DNA of 64,000 bases from Eledone cirrhosa. Taxonomy: Eukaryota. The stretch spans positions 120,280,001-120,344,000 of the forward strand of contig OZ024741.1 in the NCBI GenBank assembly GCA_964016885.1, in the 5' to 3' direction. Positions 1 through 12,649 of the stretch are shown here, piece after piece. The translations under genes and the position numbers were made by a program. Every line of letters starts with the position of its first letter. Positions within the stretch are counted from its first letter, which is position 1. Below the pieces are notes generated by a model. That model was not told where the DNA came from and ran no database searches. It saw nothing but the letters and a program-made list of their open reading frames with translations.

Positions 1-455
1 TAAATATTTACTGTGTGGTCATTGGTAAATTCTTCCGGTAGTTTTACATCAGTCATACGGATATTGTCGATGTTATCTGGGTATTTTTGAGAATATTCTG
101 TTTTCCTTTCTTGTAGTTTTTTCTTATTCTTCCATTCTAATTTCTTATTGAAATGCCTATTGCATTCGTTTCGGGCGTATTTCGTTTCACGTCGGATGAC
201 GCTCATGAAGTTATCCCTCTCGTTTGGTGTGGTGAGATTTCGGACTTCCTTACCGTTAATGCGTTTCTGTCTGTAAAGTTCGTTGACTGTTGTGTATGTT
301 CTTTTCATATTAACTGTTATTGTGTGTTTTAGTTGTTCAGCTTGTGTTTTGTTCAATAATAAATTATTTACTTGTTTTGATATGTTTGTTGTGTATGTTT
401 TGGAGGAAAAACAGTGTTTTAAGAAGCGGATTTGTTCTGTTGTTATTGTAGTGAC
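1..455 (-). mobile_element. Inverted N-terminal fragment of a Penelope-like element ORF (runs off the window start)
   Basis: The minus-strand frame is stop-free for ~150 codons (VTTITTEQIRFLKHCFSSK...) and has the FLxxC-type helical N-terminus seen in PLE ORFs. It abuts the plus-strand PLE RT at ~456. Confidence 0.6.
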
Positions 456-2497
456 CTTAAACGTTTCTGCCCTAGTAGACCTATAAGAGGTAGACCCCCC
501 ACCATAACCTCAATGGCAAAAAAGACTCCCATGGGAAGGTGGATTGGGTGGACCAAAGCTATACGGACCCCCCAAAACAATGATCAGGTAAGAAAAATGG
601 TCGCACATGCAATAGGGGCTAGTATCAAAACTACCCTAAAGGGCCACATATTTAAGTTCAATGAGAAAATCTACACCTAAAATGAGGGAGCAGCCATCGG
701 CGTCAGCATAGCTGGTGATGTTGCCAACCTTTTCATGGTATGGTGGGAAAGGAGACTTAAAGATCTCCTTAATGAGAGCTCCATAGACCTCATCATGTAC
801 TCTCGTTATGTAGACGATATCAATATAGTTATAAGAACACCCCCACTAGAGAGCACTAACAAGTTCGATTTAGAACGTAGCACGATGGAAAGCATCCAGC
901 AGATAGCTAATCCCATACACCAGAGTATAACTGTAACTATCGACTTCCCTTCCAAACACCCTAACTACCTGTATTAGACACAGAACTCTGGATTAACACT
1001 ATAGACGAGAGATCCCAAATTCTCCACTCACACTATGCTAAACCCATGGCCTCCAAATACTTGATACTCAAAACTCAGCAATGTTCAGTAGTGCTAAGTT
1101 TAATATTCTGATCGCAGATTTGGTACGAGTGATGAAGAATGTGTCCAGCATGTGCGACCCAACAGAAATGGAGAGACACATCCAACACTTCATCAACCGC
1201 ATGCAGTTCTCTGGCTACAACCAAAGAGACAGAGTCAGAGTATACGAAGGAGCCATGGAGAAGTATAAGACCCTCATAGAATTGGACATGAAAGGAATTT
1301 GCCCATTATACAGGAGCAAATCATGGAATAGCTTAGATAGGGCTAGACATAAGATAGGGAAAGCCACCTCATGGTACGACAACCAGAGATACCAGAGTGT
1401 CATGTTTGTGGACGCTACCCTACCCCTGGAGGGAAATTAGCTAACCAGTGTAGAAAGGCCCTGAGAAAGACCCACTTAAAAATAAAGGTGGTAGAAAAGC
1501 CAGGAACCACCATAAAATCCCTGATCAGCAAAACCTACCCTTTTAAGAAAACCCACTGTACCAATAGGAAATGTACCATATGTAAGGTGAACCCCCGGAT
1601 AAACTGTAAAATTAGAAACGCAGTCTATAGCATAAGATGTACAGAGGGTACTTGCAGAAACATGACAACAACATACATAGGTGAAACAGCTCGTAGCATA
1701 GGTGAAAGGATAGACCAACACTGGGGGGAACTAAAAGGACGAAAAAACGGGTCAGTACTAAACGAACATGCTAGACAACAACATGACGGTAACATAGACA
1801 ACATAGAAATTAGAATAATATCTAAACATAGAAATGACCCAGCAGATAGGCAAATCAGAGAGGCCAGTGAAATGGAAATTAGAAGACCAAGACTAAACAG
1901 AATGAATGGAATAACAACAACACCCAAACAAACAACACTGACCTAAGAGAAGTATAAATAAGTAAATAAAATAAAATAAATAAATAAATAAATAAATAAA
2001 TACATACACAAGCACAATAACAACAAGCACATAAACACACACTAGTCACCCATCACACAGCAAACAAAACACTATACACACACGCAAACGCATGCGCAAA
2101 GAAGACAAAATAAAATAAACAAACAAGCAAATAAATAAATAAATATATAGACAGACTGAATAAAAATGGCGTAGACATATAATACAACAGGAGGAAAATA
2201 TAGCACCACTGACGATGTTGCAGATGTGCAACGAAAGATTTATGATAAACTATATATATGTGTTTGTGTCTATATTGTATCTGTATTATTTTTGACCGTC
2301 GGTCAGTCAATGGCAACATTGAGGACCGAGTAAGTTAGATTACCGATATAAAAGACACAGAAGCGAGAAGCGAAAACCAACCAAACAATGAGTGTGTTCT
2401 GTTATTAATTCTGGCAATATTACACAAATATGACCCCCCAAGTATAACAATATTTGTTTCGACACACGATTTCATATAAAAAAAACCTCGCAAAACT
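456..2497 (+). mobile_element. Penelope-like element family A (degraded RT + GIY-YIG endonuclease + 3' pLTR)
   Basis: Fragmented frames encode EGAAIGVSIAGDVANLFM, YSRYVDD and VYSIRC..YIGETARSIGERIDQH (GIY-YIG). The 3' region carries an HHR and ends in (TA)n. Confidence 0.92.
2197..2256 (+). ncRNA. Minimal type I hammerhead ribozyme in the family A pLTR
   Basis: CTGACGA(2209-2215)-T-GTTGCA-gatg-TGCAAC-GAAA(2233-2236), with flanking TATAG/CTATA pairing. A second copy lies at 35247-35296 (-). Confidence 0.75.
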
Positions 2498-2502
2498 ATA
2501 TG

Positions 2503-2582
<80 letters not shown>

Positions 2583-2597
2583 TATATATATATATAT

Positions 2598-2757
2598 ATT
2601 GTTATACTTTGGGAGGGTCATGTTGCCAATAAGAAACACACGCACCAGTTGCTTTCACTTCAATTTATTATAATAAATTTATTATAATAAATTGAAGTGA
2701 AAGCAACTGGTGCGTGTGTTTCTTATTGGCAACATGACCCTCCCAAAGTATAACAAT
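2598..2757. repeat. Perfect ~160-bp palindrome (fold-back of a PLE pLTR end) in a (TA)n tract
   Basis: The arm ATTGTTATACTTTGGGAGGGTCATG...CAATTTATTATAATAAA is followed directly by its exact reverse complement. The outer arm resembles the family A pLTR end (ATGACCCCCCAAGTATAACAATA). Confidence 0.9.
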
Positions 2758-2813
2758 ATCGGTTTCAACACACGATTTCAGATAAAGAATCTTGCTAAAC
2801 AAATTCAGAAACG

Positions 2814-2869
<56 letters not shown>

Positions 2870-2943
2870 ATAATAATAAATTTGAAGACTAAAATCCAAA
2901 GAGGGCTCAATAAGGATAAATATATATAAAATATATAAGAACC

Positions 2944-3056
2944 TGCCCGCCCAGCCAGTGGGATGGCGTTATCTTATGGCTAAAACAGCACGACGTGCTG
3001 TGACCAGCGGCGTCGATTGGCGCCCGACAGATTGGTCGATCAAGGTGATCAAGGTG
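2944..3056 (+). mobile_element. 5'-truncated SINE/LINE 3' end inserted into the family C element
   Basis: 11-bp target-site duplication ATATAAGAACC (2933-2943, 3057-3067) and a tandem GATCAAGGT tail; the insert is absent from the 62.6-kb copy. Confidence 0.75.
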
Positions 3057-3100
3057 ATATAAGAACCGTAGAGCAAATATTTATTAAAATAACAGATTAA

Positions 3101-3151
3101 AGTTTAAGCAAAGAATCGCTGCTTTCACCCTTAACGGGATCTTCTGAAACT
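3101..3151 (-). ncRNA. Type I hammerhead ribozyme, CAGAAGA (U4A) core variant
   Basis: AGTTT-CAGAAGA-T-CCC-gttaa-GGG-T-GAAA-GCA-gcgattctt-TGC-TT|AAACT; all three stems pair. Confidence 0.7.
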
Positions 3152-3578
3152 AAAAAAAGTCAATCTGTGAACGCAGAAGTAAATATTTCAAAAAATGTTG
3201 CAACCGAAGGAAGACAGGAAGGCGATACTTTGGTTCGCGGAAACGTTCCCTGGCAAAGAACGGAAAAAAACGAAGGTAATACGTCATTATTTGGAGCGGT
3301 GAAAACAATTACACGCAAAGACAAAACCACGTTTATGGTATAAATGAAGTCGTAGACTAATATTCTATTAGGTGGTTCATGGAGACATTCTCTGGCAATG
3401 AACGGAAATAATACGTCATTATGTGGATCGGTGAGAACAATTACACGCAAAGACAAAACCACGTAAATGGTAGAACAGAAGTCGTAGACTAAAATTCTAT
3501 TTAGGAAACCGAAAGATTCTCGGCTACAGAGTTAAGAATAAAGTAAATAAAATACAGAGGTAATTGAAATTAAATATA

Positions 3579-3939
3579 CTAGCTGACGTACCCAGCTTCG
3601 CCCGGGTAAACAGATGATAAGAGAAGACAGGTGAAAGAGAAAATGACTATATTGGATATTTGTCTGGTTACAGTATGAGGCGAGTCCGTGGTGTCTGTGT
3701 GATACAGAAAATAGTAAAAATAAAATCTTCCAGATATACCAGATTCTTCGTTGTACCGTTTGTGCATAGTATATGAACAATTCTAGGTGCTCCCACCTAG
3801 AATAGTGACCTCTAGGAGATGGTTCATCTTCTGCCTGACTGTAAAACGTGTATCATTGCATAGACGTGGTTGTTCTACGTTTCTCAAAAGGATGATGGAA
3901 GTTCCAATCTTTTATATTATATGTAGATATAGATATAGA
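3579..3939 (-). mobile_element. Non-autonomous Helitron (~360 bp) with a PIF1-helicase remnant
   Basis: On the minus strand: 5' TC start (TCTATATCTA...ATAAAAG), 3' hairpin ACCCGGGCGAAGCTGGGT followed by CTAG|T. 3790-3900 translates to IILLRNVEQPRLCNDTRF, matching the Helitron helicase LLRN..PRLCNGTR motif. Confidence 0.8.
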
Positions 3940-4941
3940 TAATTAATATAAAAGATGATGCTCAGCCAGTTCGTCTTCAACCATCGCAGCACGCTGTCGA
4001 TGCTTGGCGGCACGTCTTCGCCTCTGAAGTTCGTCGTTCCGATGGCGCTGTTCGGCCCGTTTTTTCTTCATTCCTGGCTGCACGCCGTCGCCGCTGTAGT
4101 TCACTGTTTGATAAAGTCGAATTACTTCTATTTCGAGCAATTCTCAAAAAATGACGCAATAATAAATATAAAAGATGTCCGCCAATGTAAAAAAAGGTCC
4201 CTATTTACACCCTTCACAACTCTGTGTATGTTAGACAGGCACACAGACAGATAAACTGCGTGGCGATTGTGGAACGCCCCACGTACACACACATACACGC
4301 ATGGAAACGCGCACACGCGCGCAAACTTACACACGCACCCGTGCACTTACACACACTTACACACTCACACATGTTGATAGTTTTTACTTTCTGTGAAACG
4401 TTGCACGCACGCACACACACATAAACATACGCGTATGTACATACACACGCACACATGGTAATAGTTACAGCGTTCACATTGCCGCTCTGTTCCTTACTCT
4501 CTCCTCTCACTCCCTCATTGGCATTATGCGTATTAATTTAAGTTTGGCGTCGTTGAGGTGGGCAGAGTCGTTTGAAACCTATGAACCAATGATAATCGAG
4601 AATTATGGCACACGGAATACTGACGTTGTTCAAATTAATATATAGATACATACACGCATCCATAAACGTACATTCACAAGCATACGCGAAAACACTCGCT
4701 ATAAGTATGCAAATACAAGCACGTACACAAAAAACACGCAGCACATACACAACCGACGCAACACCAATACCCGCACACATACGAACGTATACACCAAATA
4801 CACATAAAAATATATATTAAAAATATATATATGTGTGTGTGTGTACATATAATTAAATAAACGTCTATAAATATAAACACATAAATACGTATATAACGCG
4901 CGTACACACATACCTACATGTCAATACACATATGTTCGCAG

Positions 4942-5277
<336 letters not shown>

Positions 5278-5279
5278 GC

Positions 5280-5376
<97 letters not shown>

Positions 5377-5378
<2 letters not shown>

Positions 5379-6339
5379 GAAAAATTGAACAGGGACAGAA
5401 CAGAGAGGCAGTACGATAAATGTTTATTAAATTCACGCTCAGGAGAGTGGGGGGTAGGTGGGGGACGACGTTTCGGGCATAAGCCCTTCTTCAGGTGAGA
5501 GTTCAAAAGGTGTGTAGGGGAGTGGTGGAGAGACATATAGCGAAAGGAAACGGTGCGAATGAAAAATTAACAAATAAAGACAAAAATATAATAAATAATA
5601 AATAAAAAATAAAAATAAAGCATGATCAAAATACAAGGAATGAGAAAATTTAAAAATAAAGGCATGATGAAAATAAACTGAAATTAAAAGGGGGGTAAAC
5701 AGGTGGTGGAAGGGTGTGGGGTGAGTAGAGGTGGTGGTGGGTGGAGTGGGGAGAGGGAGACGGGGTGTCCGAGCGGGGAGGGCTGAAGGTGGTGTGTGTG
5801 GTTAGGTGTGCGTGCGTGTGTGTGTGTGTGTATGTGAAAGTGAGGGTTGGGGGAAGAACGGGGTTGCATGTTCAGGAAGGTGTGTGTGGGGGGTGTTTTT
5901 GTGGGTCGGAGGGTCTGTGCGTGTGTGGATAGGGGGGGGAGAGGAATCAGGGGGCTGAGGGTGTAAATATGTGGTGGGAAGCACGTGTGTGTGTGGTTTA
6001 AGCGTGTTGTGGGTGTGGGTGGCGTGTGGATAAAAAAAATTGTTTTGGGGTGTGTGTGTGGGTGAGTTATATAGGTGGTGGTGTAAGAGGATGGTTGAAA
6101 AGTGGTAAGTTACACGGATGTATGGAGATTTTGGTTAGAAGTCAAAACGCGTGTGGGTAATCCAAGAAGCGGTGGTCGGAAGAGGAGAGATGTGGGGTGC
6201 GCGCGCAACAGGATGTGGTCAGCAGTGGAAGTGCTGTGGTCAGTTGGTGCTGAGACAGTGGTCGGAAGGGCATAGCAGCAGTCGGCGGAATGGTAGGGAG
6301 GCGAGGATGGGTAGGTGTGAGAGTTGGAGTGAGGAGGGT

Positions 6340-6387
<48 letters not shown>

Positions 6388-7262
6388 TAGTAGGGGTGTT
6401 AGTGAGATGAGTGAGTGTGGAGCGGGGAGAGAAGGGTGTGTGTGGTTCTATGGAGGGAGTGTGGTGTACTGGTGTGTGTGTAGTTTGGTGAAGGGGTGTT
6501 AGTGGGTGTTAGTATACGGGAGGTGGAGAGGGGTGGAATGCAGGTGTGAGTGGGGGTTAGTGGGGGTAGGGTGTGTAGAGTTGGTGGTGTACGAGGGTGT
6601 GTGGGTACGTGTGCGTGGGGTTGGAGGGTGTTAGTGATGTTAGTTGCGTGTGGGGTGGGTGGTGTAAGTGGGTGCGTGTGTGCGTGTGATAAGGAGGGGG
6701 AGGAGGAGAAGAGGGGAGGGAAGGGATGTTAGTATGTTAGTTGGGGAAGGGTGGTCAGATGAGGGGTGGAGTGGAGGTGTTAGTATTGTTAGTGTGGGGT
6801 GGGCGGTGAAAAGGATGGGTGTGTTAGTGGTGTTAGTGGGGGATAAGTGAGGGTGGAGGGGGGCGGTCGAACGCTAAAGGAATAAGGGTGGGGAGTTCAG
6901 GCCGGGGGGAGTGTGGGTCTGTAAGATGAAGATAGTACGTTGTTCGACCGTAAGGCGATGGGCGGGTGTTCCGTGGCACTGGAGTAGGCCACAGACTGTG
7001 AGATGGCGTGCGGAGTGTCCAGGGCCACCAAAGTGGCGGGCGATGGGGGAACTGCCCCCGAGACGAATGTCCCGGAGGTGCTCCGTGACTCGGTCCGCCA
7101 GGCGGCGTCCCGTCTGTCCGACATAAGTCGCGCTGCACCTCGTGCAACGAAGTCCGTAGACTAGGTTGGAGGAGGTGCAGCGGAAGACATGCCGGGCCGA
7201 GAGAGGGTGGCCGTTGGGACCCTAGAAGGTGGTGGTGTTGGTGATGTGGGGACAGGTGTTGC
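5377..7262 (-). mobile_element. Penelope-like element family B 3' part (GIY-YIG, CA-rich 3' UTR, pLTR)
   Basis: The minus frame reads FRCTSSNLVYGLRCTRCSATYVGQTGRRLADRVTEHLRDI. The 3' region is nearly identical to 62963-64000 and ends in (TA)n. Confidence 0.88.
5461..5500 (-). ncRNA. Minimal hammerhead ribozyme core in the family B pLTR
   Basis: CTGAAGA-A-GGGC-ttat-GCCC-GAAACGTC with a palindromic ACGT stem III. Local stem I is weak. An identical copy lies at 63051-63090. Confidence 0.7.
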
Positions 7263-7265
7263 GTA

Positions 7266-8446
7266 TAGTACTGACCCGTTTTTTCGTCCTTTTAGTTCCC
7301 CACCAGTGTTGGTCTATCCTTTCACCTATGCTACGAGCTGTCTCACCTATGTATGTTGTTGTCATGTTTCTGCAAGTACCCTCTGTACATCTTATGCTAT
7401 AGACTACGTTTCTAGTTTTACAGTTTATCCGGGGGTTCACCTTACATATGATACATTTCCTATTGGTACAGTGGGTTTTCTTAAAAGGGTAGGTTTTGCT
7501 GATCAGGGATTTTATGGTGGTTCCTGGCTTTTCTACCACCTTTATTTTTAAGTGGGTCCTTCTCAGGGCCTTTCTACACTAGTTAGCTAATTTCCCTCCA
7601 GGGGTGGCGTCCACAAACATGACACTCTGGTATCTCTGGTTGTCGTACCATGATGTGGCTTTCCCTATCTTATGTCTAGCCCTATCTAAGCTATTCCATG
7701 ATTTGCTCCTGTATAATGGGCAAATTCCTTTCATGTCCAGTTCTATGAGGGTCTTATACTTTTCCATGGCTCCTTCGTATACTCTGACTCTGTCTCTTTG
7801 GTTGTAGCCAGAGAACTGCATGCGGTTGATGAAGTGTTGGATGTGTCTTTCCATTTCTGTTGGGTCGCACATGCTGGACACATTCTTCATCACTCGTACC
7901 AAATCTGCGATCAGAATATTAAACTTAGCACTACTGGACATTGCTGAGTTTTTGAGTATCAGGTATTTGGAGGCCATGGGTTTAGCATAGTGTGAGTGGA
8001 GAATTTGGGATCTCTCGTCTATAGTGTTAATCCAGAGTTATGTGTCTAATACAGGTAGTTAGGGTGTTTGGAAGGGAAGTCGATAGTTACAGTTATACTC
8101 TGGTGTATGGAATTAACTATCTGCTGGAGGCTTACCATCGTGCTACGTTCTAAATCAAACTTGTTAGTGCTCTCTAGTGGGGGTGTTCTTATAACTATAT
8201 TGATATCGTCTACATAACGAGAGTACATGATGAGGTCTATGGAGTTTTCATTAAGGAGATCTTTAAGTCTCCTTTCCCACCATACCATGAAAAGGTTGGC
8301 AACATCACCAGCTATGCTGACGCCGATGGCTGCTCCCTCATTTTAGGTGTAGATTTTCTCATTGAACTTAAATATGTGGCCCTTTAGGGTAGTTTTGATA
8401 CTAGCCTCTATTGCATGTGCGACCATTTTTCTTACCTGATCATTGT
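7266..8446 (-). mobile_element. Internal fragment of PLE family A (inverted near-copy of ~580-1760)
   Basis: ORFs 8046-8288, 7579-7977 and 7222-7539 are almost identical to 735-977, 1081-1440 and part of 1371-1946. Confidence 0.92.
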
Positions 8447-10057
8447 TTTTTTTGGGGGGGGGAGAGGGTTTTTATTCTTTTTGGGGTTCTTTTTCTTTTT
8501 TTCTTTTTTCTGATAGTTTCCCACTCCTCGTCGTCACAATCTGTCTCCAGTTGCGATAGGTCGGGGAGTGGAAAATCCTCCACAGGCGTTGGTTTTGGTT
8601 GTGGCGTTGTGGATGGTGGAGGCGCTGGTGCTAGTTCTGGCGCGGTGGTTGGTGGTGGTGTTGGTTTTGCTACTGTTGCTGGGTTGCTGCTGCTACAGTT
8701 GCTTCGGTTGTTGCTGCTACAGTTGTTGCTGCCATTTCTGCTGCTGGTGGTGTTGATGGTTGAGAGAGGTGGCCTCAACTTTTTAGCCTGAGGGCAGAAA
8801 GCCTTTAGGCGGGTTCCTTCACCACAAACGACACACCTAGGCCTTCTACCCTCGACGATTACGGTGAGGTGGCTGCCGTCAGTGAGGTCTATTACCTCTG
8901 GGATTTCCTCAATGCTTTTGTGGTCCGCTTGGATCAGGAGCTCCATCCCAGATCCAGACCAGTTTTCCTGCTTTTCTTTTGATATTTCAATTATTTTGGT
9001 GTTGGCCTCGATGCCGGCGAGGACGGCAGCCATTAGCCAGGGAATATCGATGGCCGGTGGAACGTGGGTTACTCTGATTTTCACGAGTCTCTAGCCACAA
9101 TAGCTTGGGACGAGTGTGAAGTCGTCGCTTCTTAATGGGGCCATTGAGTGCTCTCTGGCCTCCTGTGGTATTCCAAAGAACATGTCCACGGTTCCGTATT
9201 TCTGCCCACGTCTGATGTGGGTTTTTTTCACCCCCACATGTCCCAAAGCTTTTTGAATTTGGGACTCAGATGCCCGTTCCACTCGGCGCGATTTTGTGTT
9301 AATCGTCCGATAAGACACGGTGCATAGGCGCCGATGCTCCATTTTATTAGGTGGGGGTGAGGCTGACCCTGTACCCATTCTCTTGGCTTCGTTTAATTCC
9401 TCCTGAGTTACCTCGATTGTTTCGCATTTCTTGGCTGCTTTGGCAAACGACACATTTTCGGTGGTGTTGATGTTTTTGTTGTTATTCTCATTGTTGTTGT
9501 TACTGTTGTTGTTATTGTTATTTTTAGTTTCACTTGTGGTAGTGGTGGTGGTGGTGTCAGTGGTGTTCGGTGTGGAAGAGTCGATTCTGGGTGAATCCAT
9601 TTCGATGTCACGAGATAATAATTTGTTTTTTCTTTTGTTTCTGTTGTCGCTGTGGTGGTGGTGGGGGTTGCGGCTTTAACACCTGCAGTTTAGGTAATGG
9701 CGGGAAATGAATGTCTGCATGAGACAAATTTAAATTATTGCTTCTGCTTATATTTTTAGTGTTGGCAAACGTAGTAATATTTACAATGGTGGTGTTAGTG
9801 TGAGGCGTTAGTTTGTGAGGAAGGTGTGGCTGTGAGTCGTTCATGATTTTTTCAAAGAAATTTTTTGTTTGATAATTATAAAAGTTTAAATTTGGGGCTC
9901 AGGCCCTAATATTTTTGAGTGTCCTTTTCAGAAAGCAATATATGTGAACTTATAAACACTTAACAACAAACATGTTCCATAAATGGCAATTTGAAACAAT
10001 TGAAAACAACAAACCTTTGCGGAGCTCACGATAATACGATTTCCTACGTAGGTCGCC
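8447..10057 (-). mobile_element. Tx1/L1-like non-LTR retrotransposon 5' UTR and ORF1 (interrupted)
   Basis: ORFs 9091-9600 and 8440-9084 have an Asn/Thr-rich start, an SFAKAAK motif and a degenerate zinc knuckle RPRCVVCGEGTRLKAFCP. They are homologous to 27858-28280. Confidence 0.7.
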
Positions 10058-10125
<68 letters not shown>

Positions 10126-10356
10126 TTTCTTTATTGGCCACAAGGGCTGACATCAAGAAAAACATTACAGACGGCACAAGACGGTACAGGACGGTACGAT
10201 GTGGGTTTTGTGCGTGTAAATATTTTTATTATTTATATAAGAAAAGAAAAAAAAGGACATAGAAACATACTGTATATATATATAAACAATAAAAATGAAA
10301 ATTTAAACAATGAAAAATTCCCCAATAGGGGGGAACCTCCGAGGGTTACTCGTGGC
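10058..10356 (-). mobile_element. 3' end of the same Tx1-like family with an (ATT)n tail
   Basis: The reverse complement matches 28945-29150 (GGAGGTTCCCCCCTATTGGGGAA...GTGCCGTCTGTAATG...AATAAGAAATCATTATT). Confidence 0.75.
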
Positions 10357-10395
10357 GAAAACAGTTCTAGTCCTGTAGAATCTCATCTATATTAA

Positions 10396-10455
<60 letters not shown>

Positions 10456-10457
<2 letters not shown>

Positions 10458-12330
10458 CGAAGGAAGTGTGGTAAGGAACGAGGTGGAGGTAGATTATGTA
10501 GGCTCTACCTCCACAGATTTTAAGTCCCGTTTTAATAACCATAAATGCTCTTTTACGAATATTAATAAAAAATCTTCAACTTCTCTATCTAATTTACTAT
10601 GGGACCTAAAATCAAAGAACATTAACTATTCTTTACTTTGGAATATTATCTCCAAAGCTCCTTCATTCAATGCTTCATCTGAAAATTGTGCTCTTTGTAT
10701 AGAGGAAATATTCTTTATATTAAAAAGTAAGATTCTGTCAATTTAAGGAATAACTTATTTAGTTCTTGTAAACATCGGTTGAATTCAACGTTTAAATATA
10801 TATATAAAATGTAATACATAACTCATCTCTTTTACATAATATCCTCTATTATTATTACACCTATCGATAAATCATTAGATTCCTTTATATGACTGCTTAT
10901 AACTCTCTTAAGGAAAAACATTTTTTCTTGAAAATTTTTCTTGATAAACGTACTGAAAGATTTAAAGAAAGTTTTTTGAAAATTCCTCTGATGGGTATAA
11001 GAAAATTATAATTCATATTTTATATTGTGTATTTTATATTTCTATATTCTTATATTTTTTAAAAATTATAATTCATATTTTATATTGTGTATTTTATATT
11101 TTTATATTTCTATATTCTTATATTTTTCAAATGCTTAAAATATATATATATATCCAAATGTTTTTATATATATATATATAAGATAAACATAGTGATTTTT
11201 TATGTATATATGGTATAACCCAAAATTTATACTTTAAATATATTCTATAAATATACTCTTATGAAAGAGTTTTTCGTGCTTTATGCTTTAGATATATTCC
11301 TATGAAAATTTTAAATATTATAATTTCTATGTTATGACGTTATAGCAAATAAATTTACGTTTTAACAGTTATAACTTTATAACAGGTAAATTTATGAATT
11401 TATAAATTTATGACTATAAAATAACATAAGATTCATATTCTAATTACATTATTAAGATAGAAAATTTAACTTTTTAACTTCTTAACCTTATAGCATTTAA
11501 TCCTTAGAGTTATCTGAATTATTAATAAATCACTAATAATTTCCTTTACTGTTATTATAATACAAATAAGGGATTATTCTTCTGTAAACTCTCGGAATTT
11601 CCATGGGCTTAGAATTATTTGGATACTTTGAACCTACAATTTTTTAATAATTAATAATTAATGATAATATATATTTTATTATAATAATAATATATATGTT
11701 TTTGTAATAATAATATTTTTTTTTTAATAATATATAAAAGTTTTCAATTTTTTAATAATCTAACATACACATTTAAACTACTGATTAAACAACTAAATTA
11801 TTAATTAAACATTTAATCAAATTTATTAATTAAACCTTAGATAAAATTCTTCAACCTATCATTATAATGAATCCGGCTATATTCATTTCTTCGCTTCTTC
11901 TCTCCTCTCACGTAAACAAAATTACGCTATTACTGTCATTATAATAATATTCTCTCTCACTTAAATATAGTCACGTTTTCTCTCTCCCATTGGCAAAAAA
12001 TGTATATAAACAATTTCTTTTTCCCTTTCTTCTTTTTTTCTCTTTCTTTTTTCCCTCTTCCAACGGCGTAATTTAAATATACTGTTATTTAAACCTTTCC
12101 GACACTAATTTGCATACTAAACCAACAATAAATCTAATATCTCCACTATCCGGGAGACTCCAACCGTGAAGGTTGCATTTTTTCAGGGTATGTCAATATT
12201 TATTTATAAAACTAATCTATATTATATTTTATCTGATGAAAGCGCACCATAATCTGCCTTGGTGGCCCTTGAAATATGTATAATGAAATAAATATGGTTT
12301 TATAAATATAGTTTTCATTTGTTAATATAT
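10456..12330 (+). mobile_element. 5'-truncated PLE: GIY-YIG end plus long AT-rich 3' UTR/pLTR
   Basis: YVGSTSTDFKSRFNNHKCSF...WDLK...CALCIEE; HHR-like motif at 12220-12290; (TA)n tracts on both sides. Confidence 0.75.
12220..12290 (+). ncRNA. Putative type I hammerhead ribozyme
   Basis: CTGATGA(12233-12239)-AAG..CACCA-loop-TGGTG..CTT-GAAA(12271-12274)-TATGTA; stem I is AT-rich and imperfect. Confidence 0.55.
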
Positions 12331-12438
12331 TGTATATATATATATTATACACACACATATATATATATTTTCTTTTTTAAGTCTGGTCTACCATGTTTGA
12401 GCCCCCTGTTGGAGATAGATAGATAGATAGATAGATAT

Positions 12439-12511
<73 letters not shown>

Positions 12512-12574
12512 CGTTTACCAAACACACACACACATTTCTTACTCTCTATGCCCCCCCCCCCTCTTTCTCTCTTC

Positions 12575-12649
<75 letters not shown>

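Larger units (their letters stand above)
2865..3530 (-). mobile_element. Non-coding HHR-bearing pLTR-like element (family C)
   Basis: Homologous to 4942-5180 and 62600-62952. It contains an HHR at 3101-3151 and an internal ~130-bp tandem duplication, and ends in (TA)n. Confidence 0.75.
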
